Shown here: positions 1 through 6,157 of the stretch, in pieces
How the letters are laid out: every line of letters begins with the position of its first letter
How positions within the stretch are numbered: the first letter of the stretch is position 1
NCBI RefSeq assembly: GCF_009557235.1
Contig: NZ_CP045650.1
Span: 240,001 to 272,000, forward strand
From: Acinetobacter wanghuae
Lineage (GTDB): Bacteria > Pseudomonadota > Gammaproteobacteria > Pseudomonadales > Moraxellaceae
Length of the DNA stretch: 32,000 nt
Reading direction: 5' to 3'
Notes under the pieces: generated by a model
What the model was told of the DNA's origin: nothing
What the model saw: the letters and a program-made list of their open reading frames with translations, nothing else
Databases searched by the model: none
Program-made: the position numbers and the translations under genes

Positions 1-388
1 GGTCAGCTTGACGTACTTGATTCCAGCCCATATGCGGTACTTTCAAACCATCCATATCTGGGAAGCGTTTCACTGCACCTTCAAAAATACCCAGTGCATC
101 TGCACCGCCATTTTCTTCAGAATGTTGCATTAACGCTTGCATACCCACACAAATGGCAAGTACAGGCTTATTAAACACTGCGTTACGCACAACATCATCG
201 ATGCCTGCTTCATGCATGCCTTGCATACAGTCACGCATTGCACCAACGCCTGGAAACACAATTTTATCTGCTTGCGCAATTAACTTTGGATCATTGGTCA
301 CATCAACGGTTGCACCGACATGTTCGAGTGCTTTTGCTGCTGAGTGAAGATTTCCCATGCCATAGTCAAGAAGGGCAATACGGGTCAT
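1..388 (-). CDS. hisH: Imidazole glycerol phosphate synthase, glutamine amidotransferase subunit HisH (N-terminal part; gene runs off the left edge)
   Basis: My translation of the minus strand from ATG (cat at 386-388) reads [55 protein letters not shown]..., typical HisH. TAATG overlap with the hisB stop. The + ORF 153..347 is its antisense shadow. Confidence 0.9.
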   Translation of the reverse strand, partial: MTRIALLDYGMGNLHSAAKALEHVGATVDVTNDPKLIAQADKIVFPGVGAMRDCMQGMHEAGIDDVVRNAVFNKPVLAICVGMQALMQHSEENGGADALGIFEGAVKRFPDMDGLKVPHMGWNQVRQAD

Positions 389-981
389 TACAATGTTCCT
401 TTGGTTGAAGCGACAGTATTCGCAGCACGTGGATCAATTTCACATGCCATACGAAGCGCGCGCGCAAATGCTTTAAACACGCTTTCGATTTGGTGATGGC
501 TATTTTTGCCTTTCAAGTTGTCAATGTGAAGCGTCATCAGTGAATGGTTCACAAAGCCTTGGAAAAATTCAGAGAATAAATCCACATCAAAGCGACCAAT
601 CATAGAACGAGTAAATGGAATATCCATAAACAAGCCCGGACGACCAGAGAGATCCACCACAACACGGCTTAAAGACTCATCTAAAGGTGCATAGAAATGA
701 CCATAGCGTTTTAAGCCTTTTTTATCGCCAAGCGCTTGCGCAAATGCCTGTCCGAGTGTGATCCCGCAGTCTTCTACGGTATGATGATCGTCAATTTCCA
801 AATCGCCATCACAATGAATATCAATATCAAACAGACCATGTCGCTTGATTTGATCAATCATATGATCTAAAAATGGAACACCAGTGTTTAAAGTGCCTTG
901 ACCAGAACCATCGAGGTTCAAACGAACTCGAATTTTGGTTTCGTTGGTATTTCTTACCACTTCACTGATACGATCTGTCAT
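388..981 (-). CDS. hisB: Imidazoleglycerol-phosphate dehydratase HisB
   Basis: ORF 388..1005 contains ...[18 protein letters not shown]...[11 protein letters not shown]...[11 protein letters not shown]... (IGPD motifs). The likely true start is the ATG at 979-981 (MTDRISEVV), preceded by GAGGAA 8 nt upstream. Confidence 0.9.
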   Translation of the reverse strand: MTDRISEVVRNTNETKIRVRLNLDGSGQGTLNTGVPFLDHMIDQIKRHGLFDIDIHCDGDLEIDDHHTVEDCGITLGQAFAQALGDKKGLKRYGHFYAPLDESLSRVVVDLSGRPGLFMDIPFTRSMIGRFDVDLFSEFFQGFVNHSLMTLHIDNLKGKNSHHQIESVFKAFARALRMACEIDPRAANTVASTKGTL

Positions 982-1077
982 AGACACGTTCCTCAAATAC
1001 GTCAAAATGATTGATGTAGAAAATATTTTCGCCGTGACGACGTCACCGCATATTAGATTGCTCAGGAGGGTTTATCA

Positions 1078-1455
1078 ATGCCTATCACCGTACATGCCTA
1101 TACTTCCCTAGAAAATGAAGAAGTGCGCAGCCAGCTTGAGCGACTGTATGACACCAGCCCTGAATTTAGTGATGGGACAGATGCCATTGAACAACTAGAG
1201 CAAAACTTAGCACAGTATACCTCACTTTATACCGCCGAATTTAATACTAAAGTCATTGGTGCAATCTGGAGCAGTGGTCAGGGCGAAAGCCGCCTACTGC
1301 AAAATATTGTGGTGCATCCTGCCAATCGTGGGCGCGGGGTTGCCGACCGACTGGTGAGTGAAGTCTGCCGTATGGAAGAAGAAAAAGGGGTGAAGCATTT
1401 TGAACCGGGCTGTGGCGCAATTCACCGTTGCTTGGCACATCTTGAGAAAATTTAA
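1078..1455 (+). CDS. Small GNAT-fold protein, PanZ/PanM-like acetyl-CoA-binding family
   Basis: 125 aa. The segment LLQNIVVHPANRGRGVADRLVSEV resembles the acetyl-CoA-binding R-x-x-G-x-G/A motif of GNAT/PanZ proteins. GGAGGG SD lies upstream of the ATG. Confidence 0.55.
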   Translation: MPITVHAYTSLENEEVRSQLERLYDTSPEFSDGTDAIEQLEQNLAQYTSLYTAEFNTKVIGAIWSSGQGESRLLQNIVVHPANRGRGVADRLVSEVCRMEEEKGVKHFEPGCGAIHRCLAHLEKI

Positions 1456-1609
1456 GTCTTCGTTGGAAACAAAGCAGCGTATTCGCTTCTTTTTTCATAT
1501 TTAAATGCGCTGCAGCCCAAATAAAGCCACTGTTTTTGCTAAAAAATGTGCAAATAAGCCAAGATGTGTTTGAAAATTAAACATTTGAAATAAATTATAC
1601 TTTTCACGC

Positions 1610-1639
1610 TTGACGGCATAGGGCGGAGATTGTTTAATA
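1610..1639 (+). promoter_or_regulatory. Candidate sigma70 promoter for tRNA-Phe copy 1
   Basis: TTGACG (1610-1615), a 17-19 nt spacer, then the TTTAATAC region (1633-1640), followed by a GC-rich discriminator (gcgacatcgg) just before the tRNA 5' end. Confidence 0.45.
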
Positions 1640-1648
1640 CGCGACATC

Positions 1649-1724
1649 GGCGTGATAGCTCAGTAGGTAGAGCAACGGATTGAAAATCCGTGTGTCCCCA
1701 GTTCGACCCTGGGTCTCGCCACCA
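1649..1724 (+). tRNA. tRNA-Phe (anticodon GAA)
   Basis: 76 nt: GGCGTGA-TA-GCTC-AGTAGGTA-GAGC-A-ACGGA-TTGAAAA-TCCGT-GTGTC-CCCAG-TTCGACC-CTGGG-TCTCGCC-ACCA. Cloverleaf folds by hand, GAA sits in a 7-nt anticodon loop, CCA is encoded, and the sequence closely resembles E. coli tRNA-Phe. Confidence 0.95.
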
Positions 1725-1750
1725 TATTTAAAACTGATTTAAAGTTTCGA

Positions 1751-1777
1751 TCCCTGATCCCATCAGGGATTTTTTTT
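1751..1777 (+). terminator. Rho-independent terminator after tRNA-Phe copy 1
   Basis: Perfect 8-bp stem TCCCTGAT/ATCAGGGA (1751-1758 / 1762-1769) followed by T8. Confidence 0.75.
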
Positions 1778-1860
1778 GGTCTAGCGATTGACCAAACACA
1801 GTATGAAATTCATATTTCGACTAAAATTTACGCACTCAAATCTTTTTTTTATATTTTTGA

Positions 1861-1890
1861 TTGACTAATGTGTCGAGATACGGCTTAATA
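1861..1890 (+). promoter_or_regulatory. Candidate sigma70 promoter for tRNA-Phe copy 2
   Basis: TTGACT (1861-1866), a 17-19 nt spacer, CTTAATAC (1884-1891), then a GC-rich discriminator (caccgcatcgg). Same layout as copy 1. Confidence 0.45.
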
Positions 1891-1899
1891 CACCGCATC

Positions 1900-1975
1900 G
1901 GCGTGATAGCTCAGTAGGTAGAGCAACGGATTGAAAATCCGTGTGTCCCCAGTTCGACCCTGGGTCTCGCCACCA
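1900..1975 (+). tRNA. tRNA-Phe (anticodon GAA), second identical copy
   Basis: Sequence identical to 1649..1724, starting 251 bp downstream of the first copy's start. Confidence 0.95.
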
Positions 1976-1985
1976 TATTCAAAAA

Positions 1986-2017
1986 AATCCTCAAGCATGA
2001 TTTGGGGATTTTTTTTG
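1986..2017 (+). terminator. Probable rho-independent terminator after tRNA-Phe copy 2
   Basis: Imperfect stem AATCCTCAA...TTTGGGGATT followed by T8. Confidence 0.5.
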
Positions 2018-2247
2018 TCTGTATCTTTTGTTTTTAGCCTATATTCATTCTTTTAAGCCTCAAAATAGTATCTATCACGCTTTCATTTAAACAGCGTACG
2101 CATGCATAAACGCTGAATCTGTTTGCTACTCTGCACCACGATAACCAAGCCGTTTATCGTCATTAACAGTTTTATTGTATAAAAATTACGCAACTTCAGG
2201 CATAAATAGAGCTATAAATTTTCCCTTTTCTATGTTGGGACGTATCT

Positions 2248-2730
2248 ATGTATCTCCTTAAAACATCCAAGATTACGCTACTTGCCATGCTGAGTGCTTT
2301 TGGGCTCAGTTCGATAAGCTATGCAGACACTGTGCGCGTGATAGAGCCTGTCAAGCTGCCGACCATGACGGTTATGGCTGAACCTGAATTACGCGCAGAA
2401 ACAGGCTATTTACCGTTTCAAGAACAACCTAAGAAGCGTACTGCCTTACAACACCGTATGGTCAAACTTGAACGCGATATTCAAAGCTATACGGTGGATG
2501 CTGACTTTGCTGGAAATGTTGATATCCTGCCGCCACAACCTGCACCCGATTTAGGCAGTTTACCGCTTGGCTTACAGCATTATGTGCTTGCTGTTGCAGA
2601 TGGTTTGCAATCGAGCGATCCGCGTAATGGCGTCTATACCATGTTGCAGCATTTTGGCATTGACCATAACGCGACCAATGTCCAGATCAGTCGTGAGCAG
2701 TTTAATACGCGTTTTCCTCCAGCGAATTAA
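2248..2730 (+). CDS. Hypothetical secreted protein (signal peptide)
   Basis: 160-aa ORF. The N-terminus MYLLKTSKITLLAMLSAFGLSSISYA/DT looks like a Sec signal peptide. I recognise no family. The overlapping ORF 2567..2749 is ignored. Confidence 0.55.
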   Translation: MYLLKTSKITLLAMLSAFGLSSISYADTVRVIEPVKLPTMTVMAEPELRAETGYLPFQEQPKKRTALQHRMVKLERDIQSYTVDADFAGNVDILPPQPAPDLGSLPLGLQHYVLAVADGLQSSDPRNGVYTMLQHFGIDHNATNVQISREQFNTRFPPAN

Positions 2731-2765
2731 TCCTGTTTCTCATACTTGATGCTTGAGCGTCATTG

Positions 2766-2798
2766 AAAAAAGGAAATCTGAAACGGTTTCCTTTTTTT
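2766..2798 (+). terminator. Rho-independent terminator
   Basis: AAAAAGGAAA ... TTTCCTTTTTTT hairpin with a T-run, 35 nt after the stop of 2248..2730. Confidence 0.6.
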
Positions 2799-2902
2799 CT
2801 ATGCATAAATCCGTCTGATCTGTTTGATGATTGATTTATGCTTAAAAAATAAGCATAGTGGTTGAAATGCATCAATTTGTCTCGTCAATTTGGAGTTTAT
2901 GA

Positions 2903-3652
2903 ATGCCGCGTATTTTTATCGTTTTAGCACTGGTTACGGTGTCGGTATTTGCTTGGATGTTTTATCAATATTCGGTGCAAAAGCAAGATGCGGCAGCCTT
3001 GGGTGAATATGAACAGGTCTTAAATGAAAAGACGCAAGCGCTGTATACCCAAGCCAAAGACTGGCAAAAACCGATTCAAATTGAGGTTGATGACGACCGT
3101 TTAGAAGGTGATTATGCTGAAATGGCTGCCTTTATTGTGGGCAGTATGCGTGACAGTGCAGAACTGCGAAATCAATATTTACGGGACTTAAAAGCGCAAC
3201 ATTGGGATCGTTTTTTAGATGTTTCACGTTTGGCTAAAGACCAAAAACAAAACTATAAAGAAACCGAAGCGATGCTGAAAGCCGTCGCCGATATTGTAAA
3301 AGAATACGAATTACAAACCCAAAATCGCGATGCTTTGTTAATTCAAACTGCGAAGCAATTGGATATTAAAAATCGCTATCGTCAGCAGCTTATTCATAAT
3401 TTAAAAGAGAATTTAAATGATGATGCCGCTAATGCAATTTTTGCTTTAGAGAAGCAAAGTTTGCAAAAAGCCAATCAATTATTTGCGCTGTTAAAACAAC
3501 ACAAATGGCAAAATAAAAACAATATGGTGATGTTTTATGAAGATGCCCCGATTGCGCCATTTAACGCCTTATATAAAGAGATGGTGGAGCTGAATCAGCA
3601 AATGGAGCAGATTAAGCTCAACAATCGACAGCAAATTAAAGATCAGCTCTAA
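2903..3652 (+). CDS. Hypothetical membrane-anchored, coiled-coil-rich protein
   Basis: 249 aa. N-terminal TM segment (IFIVLALVTVSVFAWMFY), remainder Q/K/E/L-rich. GGAG lies 8 nt upstream of the ATG. Confidence 0.6.
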   Translation: MPRIFIVLALVTVSVFAWMFYQYSVQKQDAAALGEYEQVLNEKTQALYTQAKDWQKPIQIEVDDDRLEGDYAEMAAFIVGSMRDSAELRNQYLRDLKAQHWDRFLDVSRLAKDQKQNYKETEAMLKAVADIVKEYELQTQNRDALLIQTAKQLDIKNRYRQQLIHNLKENLNDDAANAIFALEKQSLQKANQLFALLKQHKWQNKNNMVMFYEDAPIAPFNALYKEMVELNQQMEQIKLNNRQQIKDQL

Positions 3653-3715
3653 TGGCATAAGTCATGCTGAGATGAATCATGCATTTTGTTGTGACTTTCG
3701 TTGAAGTCACACATC

Positions 3716-3747
3716 AAAAAAGGATGCCATTTGGCATCCTTTTTTTT
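3716..3747. terminator. Bidirectional rho-independent terminator between convergent genes
   Basis: A6-AGGATGCC-ATTT-GGCATCCT-T8, a perfect 8-bp stem flanked by an A-run and a T-run. It sits between the 3' ends of 2903..3652 (+) and 3763..4227 (-). Confidence 0.75.
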
Positions 3748-3762
3748 GTTTAAATTGCAGAA

Positions 3763-4227
3763 TTAAGCTGCTTTTTTAAACCAAGAGAACCAGCCTTTTT
3801 TCTCAGCTTTTGCTGCAGCTTCAACAGTTGCTTCAGCAGGAGCAGCTTTTGCAGCTTCTACTTGTTCAGCAGCTTCTGTTTTTGTTTCTTCAACTTTTGC
3901 AACAGCAGCGTCTTTTACTTCTTCAGTTTTAGTTACAGTTTCAGTTTTAACTGTTTCTACTTTTGCAGCAGCATCTGCTTTCACTGCAGCAGGAGCAGCT
4001 TTTGCAGCTTCAACTTGAGCCACAACAGCAGTTTTTTCTTCAGTAACTTTAGCTACAACAGCATCAGCTTTAGCAGCAACAGGTGCAGCTGCTTGTTGAG
4101 CAGTTTGAGTTGCTACAGTTTTTACTTGTGATTTAAGTACAGTTACAGGAGTCGCTGTTTCAGCAGCCATTGCAGCAGCAGAAGATGCAACAATTGCAGT
4201 TGCTAGAAGTGTTTTTAGCATGTTCAT
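3763..4227 (-). CDS. Secreted low-complexity Ala/Lys/Glu/Val/Thr-rich repeat protein
   Basis: ORF 3763..4266. The likely start is MNMLKTLLATAIVASSAAAMA/AE (signal peptide) at 4227. The body consists of degenerate A/K/V/E/T repeats with QVEAAKAAPA occurring twice, and the C-terminus is KKGWFSWFKKAA. The F/S/C-rich + ORF 3862..4131 is its shadow. Confidence 0.6.
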   Translation of the reverse strand: MNMLKTLLATAIVASSAAAMAAETATPVTVLKSQVKTVATQTAQQAAAPVAAKADAVVAKVTEEKTAVVAQVEAAKAAPAAVKADAAAKVETVKTETVTKTEEVKDAAVAKVEETKTEAAEQVEAAKAAPAEATVEAAAKAEKKGWFSWFKKAA

Positions 4228-4365
4228 ATATAGCCCCATCAGGAGAAACAAGAGAATTGAGGGCAATATGATACGCTTATAAAAATTAACCGATTGATTT
4301 GTTAAGTTTTATTGGTTGAATAATGGGCTAAAATTACAAAGGGATAACATTCATTTATATGTAAA

Positions 4366-4401
4366 GCATTTAGCGATTCTAGAAATAAGATTTCTAAATG
4401 C
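4366..4401 (-). terminator. Inverted repeat downstream of the RT gene (weak terminator candidate)
   Basis: GCATTTAG (4366-4373) pairs with CTAAATGC (4394-4401), and there is an inner AGAAAT/ATTTCT pair. Only a short U-run follows on the minus strand. Confidence 0.3.
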
Positions 4402-4466
4402 TGTGTGAATTTAAGAATCAGTTTCGTAGTTGATTAAAAGTTTTAAATTTAAAAAAGAGAGTGTAT

Positions 4467-5822
4467 TTAGTTTTCCTTTTTCACTAGAGCATCATAAAAA
4501 TCCTGATTTAAGTCATCATATTTAAGCAATTTTCTTTTTAAATTAAGCCAATGGGGCTGAATTTGTTTTTTAATTGCTGGTTCATTCATGATTTTTGCGG
4601 CTCTTAAAGCATAACTTATGTAGTTTCTTTGTCCGATAAAGGAAAACCTTCTATAAATATACTTTTTGTGGGGGATAAGAGGGGCTAACCCTCTATTGAT
4701 CCTAGAAAGGTTAATTTTCAATATGCGCTTATTAGTCATTCGGATAGCTTTGTTAGCTTTATAAGAGTATTTAGCCAATCCAGTATCACGTAATAAAATT
4801 TTGATACCATCATAAGTAAACCCTAAATATTGGAGTTCATCTTTAGAAACACGTATTCCATTTTTAAATTCAGCTATTTTAGTTTTTTTATCTTGTATTG
4901 TTAGCTTCATTTTTGTGATTTGAGTTTGAGAGTATCTTAGCAATTGATACTGATTCGCCCTATCACAAATAATTAAAATATCATCACAATATCGATAATA
5001 CTTAGCATCAAATTTATCCGCTTCTTTCTTTAGTTTTTCATCAAATTTCATCATGTAAATATTTGATAAAAAGGCACTTAGTGCTGACCCTTGAGGAATT
5101 CCTTTTTGTAAATTGTTTTTGCAAATTATTTTATTGCTTCTAATTTTTTCTCTAAATTCTTCACTCGTGCAAAGCCGTTTAAGATCTTTATGATGACGAT
5201 TCAAAGATAGTTTTAGATTTTGATAAACTAAATTTTTTTCAACATAACTGTATTTGGTTATCGATTTAAATACGTTGTAATGATCATTTGGCAGTGCATC
5301 TATGCCTAAAACTTCTTTCCATGCCTGTTTTAATAATTCATGATCTAATTCATCAAAAAAGCTTTTTATATCTAAACAAATCACGGAACAATTTTGACGT
5401 TCTTTAACTTCATCGAAGACTTTTTTTGCAAAATTAATGTTGTTTGGAGAGTTGGGAAGTTTTCTAAATGCTAAAACGCAATCCTGAATTTGCTTTTGTA
5501 TGAGTATTTCTTCATAAAAAGGTGATAAGAGAAATGCGTAGTAAGCATAAATATGACCATCTATATGGGCTGAATATTTTATAGGTCGAATTTTGGGTTC
5601 TTGCTTTTCAACGATAATTTTTCTTGCTCCATTGATGACTTTGAATCCTTTCTTTTTAATTTTTCTAGAAATTAATTCAAAATGAATAAATGGGTAGAAC
5701 GCATGCTTATTAATATTATCTTGATTCGTAACATAGTGATAAATCTTTTCTGATGAAATAGGATAATCAAAATGTAGATATTTTTTTTGTCGATCTTTAA
5801 AAAAATTATGGTCAATACTCAT
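4467..5822 (-). CDS. Stand-alone reverse transcriptase, UG/Abi (defence-associated) type; the architecture fits DRT2/UG2 best
   Basis: ORF 4467..5837 begins at a TTG; the first ATG is at 5820-5822 (MSIDHNFF...). RT palm motifs are read directly: SVICLDIKSFFDELDH (motif A), GIPQGSALSAFLSNIYM (motif B), YYRYCDDILIIC (motif C, with YCDD encoded at 4980-4991) and LQYLGFTY (motif E). About 165 aa lie C-terminal to YCDD with no recognisable nuclease, ATPase, TIR or primase domain. The gene is K/I/N/Y-rich and visibly more AT-rich than its neighbours. Confidence 0.85.
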   Translation of the reverse strand: MSIDHNFFKDRQKKYLHFDYPISSEKIYHYVTNQDNINKHAFYPFIHFELISRKIKKKGFKVINGARKIIVEKQEPKIRPIKYSAHIDGHIYAYYAFLLSPFYEEILIQKQIQDCVLAFRKLPNSPNNINFAKKVFDEVKERQNCSVICLDIKSFFDELDHELLKQAWKEVLGIDALPNDHYNVFKSITKYSYVEKNLVYQNLKLSLNRHHKDLKRLCTSEEFREKIRSNKIICKNNLQKGIPQGSALSAFLSNIYMMKFDEKLKKEADKFDAKYYRYCDDILIICDRANQYQLLRYSQTQITKMKLTIQDKKTKIAEFKNGIRVSKDELQYLGFTYDGIKILLRDTGLAKYSYKANKAIRMTNKRILKINLSRINRGLAPLIPHKKYIYRRFSFIGQRNYISYALRAAKIMNEPAIKKQIQPHWLNLKRKLLKYDDLNQDFYDALVKKEN

Positions 5823-5831
5823 TATTAGAAA

Positions 5832-6140
5832 ACTCAAGGAAAGGCTGACGATAATCCTCGTTTAAACGCCCTATTCTAAGAACAGAGTTCCTTGAGCATA
5901 CCCAAGTACCCAAAATACGTACCCTCTAGAAGAAAGCTTCTACATCGTCTTTAGATCACGAAAGGAATATACTATGAGAAGCATTGATTACATTCTGTGG
6001 AGTACCCTATACCTTGTATTCAGTACTTGGTTCCAGGCAGTATGTAATGTATCACCTGAACTGCTAGAAATTCTTCTAACATTTCTGAGTACAATACTTG
6101 CAAACAGATTACCTTCCCTATGCCCTACAGCATAGGCTTA
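5832..6140 (-). ncRNA. Candidate RT-associated structured non-coding RNA (template/leader RNA), RT-sense
   Basis: The interval between the IS end and the RT start has stops in all three RT-sense frames. It is less AT-rich than the RT gene and contains several hand-foldable stems, which are listed in the findings. Its position directly upstream of the RT on the same strand is where DRT2 and retron ncRNAs lie. The boundaries are guesses. Confidence 0.4.
5974..6135 (+). other. SD-preceded 53-codon ORF antisense to the RT leader, lying within a 79-codon stop-free window (5896..6132); either a neo-like template frame or a small hydrophobic peptide
   Basis: AAGGAA (5962-5967) lies 6 nt before the ATG at 5974. 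Translation: MRSIDYILWSTLYLVFSTWFQAVCNVSPELLEILLTFLSTILANRLPSLCPTA*. It is below the 60-aa cut-off of the ORF track. The other two + frames have stops at 5927/5975 and 5952/5985. Confidence 0.3.
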
Positions 6141-6150
6141 ATAAATATAC

Positions 6151-6157
6151 TAAATTA
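6151..6157. repeat. Target-site duplication TAAATTA (left copy) of the IS982-family insertion
   Basis: An identical 7-mer abuts both IS termini (6151-6157 and 7132-7138). Confidence 0.7.

Noticed and set aside
153-347. A 64-aa + ORF inside hisH.
   Set aside because: It is antisense to a clearly recognisable hisH coding sequence.
3862-4131. An 89-aa F/S/C-rich ORF on the + strand.
   Set aside because: It is the antisense shadow of the low-complexity Ala/Lys/Glu gene (GCN/AAR repeats read backwards). The composition is implausible and there is no SD.
4467-5837. The RT could be a group II intron maturase or a diversity-generating retroelement RT.
   Set aside because: There is no X/maturase or En domain and no ribozyme domain V/VI-like structure flanking the ORF. 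There are no TR/VR near-repeats or target gene in the window.
4467-6157. The RT plus upstream non-coding region could be a retron (msr-msd plus RT).
   Set aside because: The RT is about 450 aa with a YCDD active site, whereas retron RTs, as I recall, are typically about 300-350 aa with YADD. There is no adjacent effector gene. I could not find the flanking a1/a2 inverted repeats with a branching-G context that define msr-msd. It is not fully excluded without a covariance-model search.
5823-6157. A protein-coding gene on the RT strand between the IS and the RT.
   Set aside because: Stops occur in all three minus-strand frames. The longest open stretch (6137-5991) has no internal ATG except its last codon and no SD.
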